A stretch of DNA of 64,000 nt from an uncultured Nitrospiraceae bacterium (lineage in GTDB: Bacteria; Nitrospirota; Nitrospiria; Nitrospirales; Nitrospiraceae), in contig CAWJWJ010000002.1 in assembly GCA_963846575.1 (NCBI GenBank), positions 1,184,001 through 1,248,000 on the forward strand, written 5' to 3'. The notes under the pieces were generated by a model. The model did no database searches and was not told the DNA's origin. It saw only the letters and a list, made by a program, of their open reading frames with translations. Made by a program: the position numbers and the translations under genes. Shown here piece by piece: positions 10,214 through 19,310 of the stretch; position 1 is the stretch's first letter; every line of letters starts with the position of its first letter.

Positions 10214-11287
10214 TTATTCCATGCGGTACGAGAACGGCAGATGGAGTTGCACCTGTTGTTGAGCCATGACGTGCGGAACGTCCAGCGGAAAGGCTTTGCG
10301 AACCATGTCCAACGTGTGACGGTCGAGCAGCGTATGGCCTGAACTTTCCTCCAGGGTCACATCGAGCAGGTGGAGTGCGGCCCCCCGCTGCTCGATGGTC
10401 AACCGCAGAATGACTTTGCCCTGCCAATGGTTTCGTCTGGCTTCCTGGGGATACCGCTTGCGCTGTTCGACGGTGGACCAGAGCGCCTGAGACAGCCATC
10501 CATAGTCGGGCTGGGCCGCCGGTCTCGATCGCACCGGCAGATGCTGCACCGCCGCACGCTGCTGAACCTGAGGCGCCGCGCGCGCCGTGACGGTCTGTTC
10601 GACCTGCTGAGCAGTGGCGACGGGGGCCTGTGACTCTTCGACGACCGTACGCTCGGTGACGGGGGAGACCGTCTGCGTCACGGGGGATGCCGTCGGACTG
10701 ACTGCTGCGGTGACGATAGGTTGCGATTGCGACGTCACGCTTTGCTGCTCGACGGCATCGGTTGCCGCAACCGGCGTTCCGGATCGGACGACCGTCTCGG
10801 TCACTTCCGGCGCCGGCTGCACCGTTTCCTTGAGCGGCCGGGTCACGGGTTCGACCTGCTGGGGCACCTGTTGGATCGCCTGTGCAGTCTGGAGCGGTAC
10901 GGCATCCTGGACCGGCTGCGTTTCCACGGGACGGGTTTCCTGGACCGGCTGCAGGGTTTCCACGGGAGGGGTTTCCTGCACCGGTTGCGGTGCCTGTACG
11001 ACCGGCTCGGCCTTGACCGGCCGGGGTTTCTTGGGTGGAGGCGTTCGAACCGGTTGGGGTGCCGGAGGAGGCGGTTGAACGGGAGGAGGCGCGGCTTCGG
11101 GTTCTTCAGGCGGAGCGGGTGACGGCACCATGGCCACATCCCACTTGAAGGTCTCCGGCGAAGGAGGCAGGGTTATCTCCGCCATCAGCGCCAGTGCCGC
11201 GGTCACCAGCAGGCCGTGGGTGGCCAACGAGAAAATCCAGCAGAGGGTCGAGCGCCGGCGGTGCGATTGAGACAGTTCCTGGCTCAC
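10214..11287 (-). CDS. tonB: energy transducer TonB
   Basis: N-terminal TM helix with SLATH, a Pro/Gln-rich spacer, and a C-terminal YP..AR....G.V...SSG..LD domain. Overlaps the exbD stop. Confidence 0.92.
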   Translation of the reverse strand: MSQELSQSHRRRSTLCWIFSLATHGLLVTAALALMAEITLPPSPETFKWDVAMVPSPAPPEEPEAAPPPVQPPPPAPQPVRTPPPKKPRPVKAEPVVQAPQPVQETPPVETLQPVQETRPVETQPVQDAVPLQTAQAIQQVPQQVEPVTRPLKETVQPAPEVTETVVRSGTPVAATDAVEQQSVTSQSQPIVTAAVSPTASPVTQTVSPVTERTVVEESQAPVATAQQVEQTVTARAAPQVQQRAAVQHLPVRSRPAAQPDYGWLSQALWSTVEQRKRYPQEARRNHWQGKVILRLTIEQRGAALHLLDVTLEESSGHTLLDRHTLDMVRKAFPLDVPHVMAQQQVQLHLPFSYRME

Positions 11288-11658
11288 GAGCGGACCACTT
11301 CGAGGTTGACCTGTTGAAATCCCATGCTGCGGACTTCATCCACGACCGAGACGAATCGTTCGAGCACCGTCACTTTGTCGGCCCGCACCAGCACCATCGA
11401 TTCCCGAGGATGTTCTGTGAGGACGATTTTCAAGCCATCCGGTGGCACCGGCCGGTCGTTCATGAAGAGCTGGCCTTCGGCCGTCATCGTGATGACGAGG
11501 GGAACATCCTTCCGATCCCCTGCTTCCTTGGCCTTCGCCAGTTGGACGGGGACCTGGCCGGTCGTGATGAACGTGGCCGTGGTCAGGACGATCACCAGCA
11601 GGACGAGCATGACGTCGACGAGCGGGATGACATTGATCTGATGGATCTCACGTTCCAT
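11284..11658 (-). CDS. exbD: biopolymer transport protein ExbD
   Basis: INVIPLVDVMLVLLVI motif and VRADK. Start placed at MEREIH. Confidence 0.95.
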   Translation of the reverse strand: MEREIHQINVIPLVDVMLVLLVIVLTTATFITTGQVPVQLAKAKEAGDRKDVPLVITMTAEGQLFMNDRPVPPDGLKIVLTEHPRESMVLVRADKVTVLERFVSVVDEVRSMGFQQVNLEVVRS

Positions 11659-12073
11659 GGAGGACCCTGAACGTGGTGAGGAGTTCGGAGACGCGGCGGC
11701 GCAGCACATTGTTGAGGACCACGCAGGGAATCGCGACGAGCAGCCCGACCGCCGTCGCCTTCAGCGCGAGGCTCAGCCCGACCATGATCGACTGGACCGC
11801 CAACGTGCCGGAGGTGCCCATGGAGTGAAACGTCAGCATGATGCCAAGCACCGTGCCCAGCAAGCCGATATAGGGAGCGTTGGCTGCCACGGTGCCGATG
11901 ACGACCAGGCGTTTGGTTAAGGCGATTTCACATTCCTGCTCGCTGCGAAATCCCCGGAGATCCACACGCCGGTAAAAGGTCCACCGTTCCATAGCAATGG
12001 CGATCGCCCACAGACTCAAGGCGATCAGCAGCCCGATGATGCCGTAATCGATGAGGTGCTTGAGTCCTTCCAT
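11648..12073 (-). CDS. exbB: TonB-system energizer ExbB (short type)
   Basis: APYIGLLGTVLGIM and ALKATAVGLLVAIP motifs. Confidence 0.95.
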   Translation of the reverse strand: MEGLKHLIDYGIIGLLIALSLWAIAIAMERWTFYRRVDLRGFRSEQECEIALTKRLVVIGTVAANAPYIGLLGTVLGIMLTFHSMGTSGTLAVQSIMVGLSLALKATAVGLLVAIPCVVLNNVLRRRVSELLTTFRVLHGT

Positions 12074-12168
12074 CGAAGGGATCCTTTCCTCGTTCCGGGC
12101 GAACCGGCCCTGACAGGCCATATCGAGTTATGAAAAAGTGCGGTGGCGCGTAGGACCTCTCTAGTAAT

Positions 12169-12193
12169 GACGTATGGAAAGATGCGTTCCACA
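12169..12193 (-). promoter_or_regulatory. putative ECF-sigma promoter for the exbB operon (TGTGGAAC-N13-CGTC)
   Basis: Shares spacing with six other sites upstream of genes in this locus. Confidence 0.6.
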
Positions 12194-12350
12194 CCCCCGG
12201 AGCATTTAATTTTTCATCTGGCATGGAAGGCCGGTCCCGGTCCGGAGGAAGATCGGACATGACATCCCGTCGAGACGGGCACCGGCTGTGTCAACTCACG
12301 ACAGCGCGGGTCGATGTATGTTTTGAGCACCTGTAGTGACTCATGCCCGG

Positions 12351-12375
12351 TGAGGAACGGGTAGCGTCATTCGTC
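12351..12375 (+). promoter_or_regulatory. putative ECF-sigma promoter for the fur-like gene (TGAGGAAC-N13-CGTC)
   Basis: Same motif and spacing, divergent from the exbB site. Confidence 0.55.
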
Positions 12376-12445
12376 TTATTGTATGAATCGAGCAAGGGAA
12401 ACATCGGAGCCAACGGCCGTTCTGTCACAGGGGATCTCCAGATAT

Positions 12446-12940
12446 ATGAAAGCGACCTCGTGCCCCGTTTCGCTGAGGAAAACCGGTCGTGATGCGCAAG
12501 AGACCATCAGGACCCTGCGATTACGCCTCGTCCGTGCCCGTCTCAAGTGGAGCACTCAGCGCGAACAGATTGTCACGACGTTCCTGACCCACAATCATGT
12601 CACGATCCGCCGGCTCTACGGATTGCTCAATCGAAACGGACGCCGGACACCGTTGGGCACGATTTATCGGACGATGCGGGTGTTATGCGACGTAGGATTT
12701 GCTCAGGCCCGATCGTTCGGAAACGAAACGCAGTACGACAATATGTCGGTGAAGGATGATCACGACCATCTGATTTGCACGCACTGCGGGCACATTGTGG
12801 AATTTGAAGAGCCTACGATGGAAGGCCTACGACAGGAGATCGCGAAGGAAAACGGGTTCAGCCTGACTGCTCGGAACGTCGAGCTCTACGGGATCTGTCT
12901 GAGCTGTCAGGGAAAAGGGTCGGCAGCAGCGGCCATGTAA
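12446..12940 (+). CDS. Fur-family transcriptional regulator (atypical); start uncertain (12383 or 12446)
   Basis: Contains TQRE.I, TIYRT, HDHLICTHCG.IVEF and YGICLSC motifs. Confidence 0.88.
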   Translation: MKATSCPVSLRKTGRDAQETIRTLRLRLVRARLKWSTQREQIVTTFLTHNHVTIRRLYGLLNRNGRRTPLGTIYRTMRVLCDVGFAQARSFGNETQYDNMSVKDDHDHLICTHCGHIVEFEEPTMEGLRQEIAKENGFSLTARNVELYGICLSCQGKGSAAAAM

Positions 12941-12950
12941 AAGCGCGGCC

Positions 12951-14264
12951 TCACTTCGATTGCCGAGGGCCCGGCCGTCTGATCGACTTCACCAGCGCGT
13001 AAGCCAGCGATGAAAGATCGTGATCCTGAGACAGGGACGCGGGGCGCTGACGGCGATGCGCGCGCCGCTTGAGCCACCACATGCGGAGCGCGGTTACATA
13101 CAACAGCGAGGGCACGAAGCCGGTGAGCAACACGATCCATCGTCCGGTCAGTCCGAACGCTTCCCCGCTATGGAGGGGGAAAAGCCAGGTGACAATGGTT
13201 TCACCTACCGTAAACGTTCGCGAATCCCGGACGCGGAGCACCGCGCCGCTATACGGATCGATCCATACCTGACTCTGTCCCTCGGCCTCGCGCACCTCAC
13301 CCGGCTGGCGCAGCCCGACCGAATACACAGCGTCGGGACGGGAAGGGAACCCGATCCACATGAGTTTCGCCTCGGGAAGAGCGCGTTGGGCGATGGCTAC
13401 CACCTCTGTGACGGGAAGCCGGTGAGCGGCGTCATGAGGAATGGCACGAGGCTCGACTTCCGACTGGTCATCACGGACCGGAGAGAAGAGTCTCACCGTG
13501 GAGGTCACGGGTCCGGGAAAAGCAAGATAGAAGCCGGTGATGCTGAGGATGAGGAGCACCAACGCACCGGACATGCCGCCGAGCTTGTGCAGATCGTGAT
13601 GGCGGCGGATCACACTCGATCCTGATGTGAAGGTGAACGCGCGGCGCAGGTTGCCCCGGGCCGGCCACCAGAGATACATCCCGCTTCCCACGGAGATGAA
13701 CAGGACGCAGGCCACCACCCCGACGATCGTTTCGCCGGTTTCCTCGAGCAGCAGCGATTTGTGAAGCTCGTATAGGAACGACATAACATACCGGCCCCAC
13801 TGCCGGTCGCTCACGATCCGCCCTATAGAGGGGTCGATCGTGATCACCTGCCAGTGAGTGGCCCCCGGGGTTGCATCCGGCACCCGGAACCAGGCTTGAA
13901 AGGGGCCGCGGTCGTGAAGGGGATAGGTGAGGTTCTCCAGGGGCGGGAATTCAGGATGGGTGGCCTGTGCCCTCGTGACAATGACTTCGAGTGGAAGCCA
14001 CGATTCGACCGGACGAGTCAGGATCTGTTCCGGATTCAGCCAGTCATCGATGGTTTTATAGAAGACCAGGAGCCCGCCCGTCAGACTGCTCAGCACGAAC
14101 AGCCCGCCCGCACACAAGCCCACATAGAGGTGGAGTGTGATCCAGAATTTTCTCCCGGTCCTGCGGGCAGCCGGAAGCTTGTGCCCGGAACCATCGGTTG
14201 GAGTGATGGCGTCCGTGGGCGGGGAGTCCGTTCTGGTCAACGGTTCAGATTGTTCAACAACCAT
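12951..14264 (-). CDS. PepSY-associated TM helix protein (putative ferrisiderophore reductase)
   Basis: Four His-containing TM motifs (LHLYVG, LHKSL, LHKLGG, LHSGE), typical of genes next to siderophore receptors. Start uncertain. Confidence 0.9.
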   Translation of the reverse strand: MVVEQSEPLTRTDSPPTDAITPTDGSGHKLPAARRTGRKFWITLHLYVGLCAGGLFVLSSLTGGLLVFYKTIDDWLNPEQILTRPVESWLPLEVIVTRAQATHPEFPPLENLTYPLHDRGPFQAWFRVPDATPGATHWQVITIDPSIGRIVSDRQWGRYVMSFLYELHKSLLLEETGETIVGVVACVLFISVGSGMYLWWPARGNLRRAFTFTSGSSVIRRHHDLHKLGGMSGALVLLILSITGFYLAFPGPVTSTVRLFSPVRDDQSEVEPRAIPHDAAHRLPVTEVVAIAQRALPEAKLMWIGFPSRPDAVYSVGLRQPGEVREAEGQSQVWIDPYSGAVLRVRDSRTFTVGETIVTWLFPLHSGEAFGLTGRWIVLLTGFVPSLLYVTALRMWWLKRRAHRRQRPASLSQDHDLSSLAYALVKSIRRPGPRQSK

Positions 14265-14339
14265 ATCGGCACCTGGAAAACCGAACAGGCATCCATATTG
14301 GCCGGATTCCGCTGTGGGCAGAACGGTCCCTCTTAAGGA

Positions 14340-14364
14340 GACGCATGAGAACGCCTGATCCACA
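14340..14364 (-). promoter_or_regulatory. putative ECF-sigma promoter for the PepSY gene (TGTGGATC-N13-CGTC)
   Basis: Nearly identical to the exbB site. Confidence 0.6.
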
Positions 14365-14499
14365 CCGGAGCGAAGGGGCGGAGCTGTCATGACATGGCCG
14401 GATGTACAGGCATCCGTTGATCGTGTGATCTGAGATCTGACTCATCCTGAGACATTCTTGGCGGTGATGTGTCAGCCCGGCTTAAATCGGTCACCGGGG

Positions 14500-14524
14500 T
14501 GAAGTGTCGCCGATCTCACACGTC
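14500..14524 (+). promoter_or_regulatory. putative ECF-sigma promoter for the small zinc-ribbon ORF (TGAAGTGT-N13-CGTC)
   Basis: Same TG...CGTC spacing, 38 nt upstream of the ATG at 14563. Confidence 0.45.
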
Positions 14525-14562
14525 ATAAGAGTGAGGGCACCTGCGTGGAGTGAGCGGATGAG

Positions 14563-14742
14563 ATGGACATGAACAGAACCGACCTACCGGTCTCCGGCGA
14601 AGATGTGCGTTGTATCTGCGGCCGGATGACGGCCCGGCTTGAACCCCATGGGCTGGTCATCAAGTGCCAGCGTTGCGGGAATCTGGTCGTGATCACCTTG
14701 TCAACGATCAAGGGTCTGAACAAAGTGCGCAAACTGCCATAA
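14563..14742 (+). CDS. 59-aa zinc-ribbon protein (Com-like), absent from the ORF track
   Basis: Manual translation: MDMNRTDLPVSGEDVRCICGRMTARLEPHGLVIKCQRCGNLVVITLSTIKGLNKVRKLP*, with an RCxCG...IKCxRC pattern. Confidence 0.7.
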   Translation: MDMNRTDLPVSGEDVRCICGRMTARLEPHGLVIKCQRCGNLVVITLSTIKGLNKVRKLP

Positions 14743-14923
14743 TCGCCCGCCATCGTGGCGCGTTGTCGCTCCGTGTGAGGCCGGCAGCGCCTGTCCTTCC
14801 GTTCCTGTTCACACCGCTTGTCCGTGAGACACGAGCCGCCGGCCTCGAGAGGAGGCCGGCGGCTTGCAGCGGCCGAGGAGACATCCGCCGGGATACCCGA
14901 TTGCAGATTGTCCCGCGCGACGC

Positions 14924-17503
14924 TCAATGGAACTCGAACTTGAGCGAGCCGATGGCCGTGAACGGCGCTCCGGTATACACGATTTCACGAAAATTCTGTG
15001 ATCCGGTGAAATACCGTTGATCGAGCACATTCGTGAAGTTCAACGCGGCGAGCAGATTCGTTTTGTTGAACACTTCCTGTTTCCGGTAGTACAGGGCGGC
15101 ATCCATCCGGACGAAGCCGGGCAAATCGAACGGCGCCTGGCAGTTGGCGGGATCCTGGCATTGGAAGATTCCGTTTCGTTTCCCCTGCGCGTACATGCCG
15201 ACTCCGGCGCCGAATCCCTTGACCACTCCTTCCTGGAAGAAATACGTCGTCCAGACACTTCCCTGATGCAGGGCGCTGTTTGGTACGCGGCTTCCTACCT
15301 CAAATAGAAGGTCTTTGGTCACACGCGCGTCGATATACGCGTAATTAGCGATGATGTCCCACCCCGGCAGGATTCGTCCTGCGACGTCGAACTCCACGCC
15401 TTTGCTGCGCTGTTCCCCGGTCGCCACGGAGAAAAAGAACCCGTTCAAGGGATCGGCGGTCAACACGTGTTTCTTGGTGATGTCGAAAACGGCCACCGTG
15501 GATCGCAATCTCCCTTCGAACGCCTGGTATTTGACGCCTCCTTCATAGGACTTGCCGCGCTCCGGGTTAAACGGCGTGCCGGTGATACTTCTCGCTCCGG
15601 CCGTCTGGGGGGAGAATGATTCGGTATAGTTGGCGTAGATGGCGATCGGCGTCCAGGGCTGATAGGTCAGCCCGACGGAAGGACTGAACGCATTATTGGT
15701 TTGGCTGTTGCCGCTCCCGACCGGCGTGAACCCGTCGGGACGGTTGGTGACATTCTGCTCAAAGAGATCGAAACGTCCGCCGAAGTGCAGGTGCAGGTTC
15801 TCCAGGAGATCGACCTGATCGCCGACGTAGGCCCCGATGATGTTGTTCGTTTGAGTGGCGTCGCTGAATTTCGTGAGGGCCGGGTCCAGGAACAGTCTGT
15901 TGGCGGGATTATAGATGTTGATAAAGCTGAAGGCTCCCGGAGTGGTGGTATCGCCGCCGAAATCGCTGAAGCCTCTCGACGACGAGACCTCTCTTCCGAG
16001 TTCGACGCCGAGGATGGTGCGATGTTTGATAGACCCCGTGAAAAAGGAGCCGTGCAATTCGTTTTGCAGATAGTGGCTTTGAACGATCGTAGGAATTTCG
16101 TATCGCGCGAGGTTGAGGATGCCCGCCGCCTCATCGGTAAAAAAATTGGACTCGAGGCTTGAATACCGGCTGCTCCCTGCGGCCGTCCGGAACGCCGTGC
16201 GCCATCTGAACATGTCGTTGAATTGATGAAGCAGCGTGAGGGTGGCTTTGCCCTGTTGGACCTCCGCCCGCCTCGTCGGATCTCCCAGGAAACGGCTGAC
16301 CGGAATCGGCGCGACGCCGGTACCGAGGGCCACCAGTCCTCGATCGATGGGAGATGTATCATGAAGGTATTCGCCCTCGAACCGGAACGTGGTTCGCGAA
16401 CTGATGTCCCATCCGAAGGTCGGGGCCAGGAAGATGCGCTGGGTCTTCACCCCGTCCCGATAACTCTCGGCCGATTCGTACATGCCGTTGAACCGGTAAG
16501 TCAGGGTCTTGCTCTCGTTCAGCGGTCCGCCGACATCGATGACCGGACGATACAGGCCGTAGCTGCCGACGATCATCTCGGCGGAATAGTACCGGCTCTT
16601 CAGCGGAGCTTTCGTGATCTGATTGATGACGCCGCCCGGGTCGGATCGACCATACAGATAGGAGGGAGGGCCCTTCACGACCTCGACGCTCTCGAGGTTG
16701 ATGATATCGCGCTGCGTGCGCGCGCTAAACGTGCTGTCGTCACGAAAGCCGTTTTTGAAGACGTTGAACTCCGAGGCGAAGCCACGGATCATGAAGGTGC
16801 CGCCTTGGCCGCCCTGTGTCGTCGCCTGCGATAGTCCGCTGACATTTCGAAGCGCCTCGCTGAATCGAATGACTTTCTGATCATCGAGGACCTGTCGGGT
16901 CACGACTTCGACGGAGCGTGGCGTATCGTGAATGGGAACGGGGATTCTCGACGCTGTGGAAGAATCCTCGACGGCGTATCCCCGTTCCTCGACTTCCTTG
17001 ACCACGATCTCGGGAACTTTCACCGGCTTGGCGGAGGCCTTGAGCCTGCTGTTCGTCGGAGGCCCCGGTGGGAGAGGATCCGGTTGCTGGTTCATCGGTG
17101 CCGGAAGGGGTGCGATCGGGGCCTGTTCCAATGTCACGGTCCTGGAGTCGGTCAGCCGATAGGTCAGTCCGGTGCCGGCCAGGAGCAAACCGAGCGCTTC
17201 TTCGGGCATGTGACGGCCGATCAGGTCGTTGCTCTTCCTGTCTGCTGTCACCTCCGATGGCACGAGCAGGCGGTAGTTCGCTTGATCGGCGAACGAGGTG
17301 ATCGCAGAGCCCAGCGACTGCGATGGAATATTGAAGTCAACCTGTTCCGTCTGATCTGTGGCCGGGGAGGCCTGTGCGATGCGAAGCGTGCCGGCGGCGG
17401 CCGCATTCGAATACGGCCTGTCGCTCCCGGCCCATGTGCATTCCGCATAGGCCAACAATGCCCACGCGGAAATCGTCATATACAGAAACCCTGATCGTTG
17501 CAT
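14924..17503 (-). CDS. TonB-dependent siderophore receptor/transducer with N-terminal signalling (STN) domain
   Basis: Signal peptide, FNIPSQSL..A...F STN domain, plug motif VEVVKGP.S.LYG...PGG.IN, and C-terminal barrel strand ..LKFEFH. Confidence 0.95.
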   Translation of the reverse strand: MQRSGFLYMTISAWALLAYAECTWAGSDRPYSNAAAAGTLRIAQASPATDQTEQVDFNIPSQSLGSAITSFADQANYRLLVPSEVTADRKSNDLIGRHMPEEALGLLLAGTGLTYRLTDSRTVTLEQAPIAPLPAPMNQQPDPLPPGPPTNSRLKASAKPVKVPEIVVKEVEERGYAVEDSSTASRIPVPIHDTPRSVEVVTRQVLDDQKVIRFSEALRNVSGLSQATTQGGQGGTFMIRGFASEFNVFKNGFRDDSTFSARTQRDIINLESVEVVKGPPSYLYGRSDPGGVINQITKAPLKSRYYSAEMIVGSYGLYRPVIDVGGPLNESKTLTYRFNGMYESAESYRDGVKTQRIFLAPTFGWDISSRTTFRFEGEYLHDTSPIDRGLVALGTGVAPIPVSRFLGDPTRRAEVQQGKATLTLLHQFNDMFRWRTAFRTAAGSSRYSSLESNFFTDEAAGILNLARYEIPTIVQSHYLQNELHGSFFTGSIKHRTILGVELGREVSSSRGFSDFGGDTTTPGAFSFINIYNPANRLFLDPALTKFSDATQTNNIIGAYVGDQVDLLENLHLHFGGRFDLFEQNVTNRPDGFTPVGSGNSQTNNAFSPSVGLTYQPWTPIAIYANYTESFSPQTAGARSITGTPFNPERGKSYEGGVKYQAFEGRLRSTVAVFDITKKHVLTADPLNGFFFSVATGEQRSKGVEFDVAGRILPGWDIIANYAYIDARVTKDLLFEVGSRVPNSALHQGSVWTTYFFQEGVVKGFGAGVGMYAQGKRNGIFQCQDPANCQAPFDLPGFVRMDAALYYRKQEVFNKTNLLAALNFTNVLDQRYFTGSQNFREIVYTGAPFTAIGSLKFEFH

Positions 17504-17580
17504 TATTCCCCCTGAGGTCTTGTCGCCCGGATCATTTCTTTCACTCGCACGTCATTCGGAGCCGGTTCACATCAGGTATA

Positions 17581-17605
17581 GACGGACAGGGCCAAAAAAC
17601 TTGCA
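17581..17605 (-). promoter_or_regulatory. putative ECF-sigma promoter for the receptor (TGCAAGTT-N13-CGTC)
   Basis: TGCAAG-N15-CGTCT matches the site upstream of the NRPS operon in hexamer and spacing. Confidence 0.65.
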
Positions 17606-17702
17606 GTGAGAAAGCGGCGCAATCGGAGAAAATGCAGCAAAAAAAGAGCATGCAGCAGGGCCGGAGAAACGACGGGGAGCAAGCGGGTGTTTCGGTCGCG
17701 GA

Positions 17703-18680
17703 TCAGTGCAGCAGGACGAGGTAGGGCGACAGAGCCGTTTCATGAATGGCGAGGGTCCGATGAATCGTCCGCAGAGCGGCATCCGGATCAGCCAGATCAA
17801 ATACGCCGGTGACCTTGAGCGGGCGGAGGGCCGGATTCAAAATGACGATGCGTCCATGACGATAGCGATTGAGCTCGTCGACGACCTCCGCCAATGGCCG
17901 GGCTTCGAAGATCAACTTGCCTCGTTGCCATGAGGTTTCCGTTTGCATGTCGATGTGGTGAGCCTCGCCCATGCCCTGCCGGTCGGAGAAGAACACCTGT
18001 TCGCCTTCGTTCAATGTCAGGGAGGCCGTGGTGGTGGTCTCCGGCGCATCGACCCGGACGTTGTGCTCCAGGACCGTCACCGAGATGCGATCCGGATGGA
18101 GGCGGACCGAAAAGACGGTGCCAAGCGCGCGGGTGTGGAGTGACTGGCTATGGACGGTAAACGGGCGATCCGGATCATCTATGACTGTAAAGGACGCCTC
18201 TCCCCGGATGAGCACGATGTCTCGTTGTTCCTCCGAGAAGGCGACGTTGACGGCCGTATTGGTATTCAGTTGGATTCTGCTGCCATCCTCCAGGGTCACC
18301 GTGCGTAGCTCGCCCACCCCGGTCTGATGATCGGCCGTCACCGCTCTGAGCCAGACCCCGACGGATTCCATGAGGAGCGCGCCGGTGATCAGGGCGAGAC
18401 AGGCTGCCAGGGTCCAGGCGGTTCTCCGTGATCGCCGGTGCGACCCTTTCGGTGATGGAGTGGAGTCGGGAGAGGGTACGCGTCCGATGTCCATCCACAG
18501 CGATTCAGCCGTGCGATAGGCCCGGTCATGAGCGGGGCTCCGACGTCGCCACGCGTCACAATCCGCCCGGATACCGTCTGAAGCATGGCCCGAGTGAATC
18601 CGGACCAACCACTCGAGCGCTTCATCCAGGAGGTCATCCGGCGATTCCGGAGTGGTTCGAGGGGAGAAATCTTCGGGCAT
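17703..18680 (-). CDS. fecR: FecR-family anti-sigma/sensor
   Basis: EALEWLVR...W...SPAH N-terminal domain, TM helix, and LEDGSRIQLNTNT, GEASF and ALGT.F motifs. Confidence 0.93.
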   Translation of the reverse strand: MPEDFSPRTTPESPDDLLDEALEWLVRIHSGHASDGIRADCDAWRRRSPAHDRAYRTAESLWMDIGRVPSPDSTPSPKGSHRRSRRTAWTLAACLALITGALLMESVGVWLRAVTADHQTGVGELRTVTLEDGSRIQLNTNTAVNVAFSEEQRDIVLIRGEASFTVIDDPDRPFTVHSQSLHTRALGTVFSVRLHPDRISVTVLEHNVRVDAPETTTTASLTLNEGEQVFFSDRQGMGEAHHIDMQTETSWQRGKLIFEARPLAEVVDELNRYRHGRIVILNPALRPLKVTGVFDLADPDAALRTIHRTLAIHETALSPYLVLLH

Positions 18681-18746
18681 CCGTTGTTCCGTCTTATCGG
18701 TTGGCGAACTCGATCGCCTACCCACTAGGGTCGTTCTACCCTATAA

Positions 18747-18771
18747 GACGGATCAACGGGATCTTTCAACA
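18747..18771 (-). promoter_or_regulatory. possible ECF-sigma promoter for fecR (TGTTGAAA-N13-CGTC)
   Basis: Same spacing, located in the fecI-fecR gap. Confidence 0.4.
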
Positions 18772-18785
18772 ATGAACGGCTTTGA

Positions 18786-19298
18786 TCATGCCGGATCCTG
18801 CATCCTCGATCGACAATGCTTCAAGGCCTGGATGATGTATTTCGCCACCATACTTTCCGACACACCGAGAGTGCGAGCGATTTCCTTATGGGTTTTGCCG
18901 TCCAGCCGGTTGAGTAGTAATGCGCTCCTGCACTTGACCGACAGCTCTTGCATGGCCGCCTCCAACAGGACGACCCGTTGCTTCGCGTCGAGCGTGTCCT
19001 CGGCGTTGGGGGCGAAACTGGCAGTCTCCTCCTGCAGCGGTTCGACACTCAAGACGCCTCTGCGAGTCCTGGCCTTTCGCAGATAGTCGATGGAGAGATT
19101 GGCTGCCACGCGGAAAAGAAATGCGCGGGGATTCCGGACCGCGATGGTCTCGCCCATGCGCACCAGATGCACATAGGTTTCCTGCGCACAATCAGCCGCC
19201 AGGTCACGGCATCCCAATTTGCGCGTAAAAAAACGGAGCAGGTCCTGGTGATACTCCTGAAATGCGGAGAGACAGGGGAGTGCGTGATCGGTTTCCAT
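18786..19298 (-). CDS. fecI: FecI-like ECF sigma-70 factor
   Basis: Region 2 (A.D..QETY...RAFLFRVA.NL.ID..R) and region 4 (G..HKEIA..LGVSESMV.KY). Adjacent to fecR. Confidence 0.93.
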   Translation of the reverse strand: METDHALPCLSAFQEYHQDLLRFFTRKLGCRDLAADCAQETYVHLVRMGETIAVRNPRAFLFRVAANLSIDYLRKARTRRGVLSVEPLQEETASFAPNAEDTLDAKQRVVLLEAAMQELSVKCRSALLLNRLDGKTHKEIARTLGVSESMVAKYIIQALKHCRSRMQDPA

Positions 19299-19310
19299 AA
19301 TGTATAGGTC

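Noticed and set aside
12255..14475. Recurring CATGACAT/TGTGTCA words in two divergent intergenic regions
   Set aside because: Short and inconsistently spaced, so I cannot distinguish them from chance by eye.
14523..14927. 134-aa minus-strand ORF after the receptor
   Set aside because: TTG start, no motif, and it overlaps the better-supported zinc-ribbon ORF on the plus strand.
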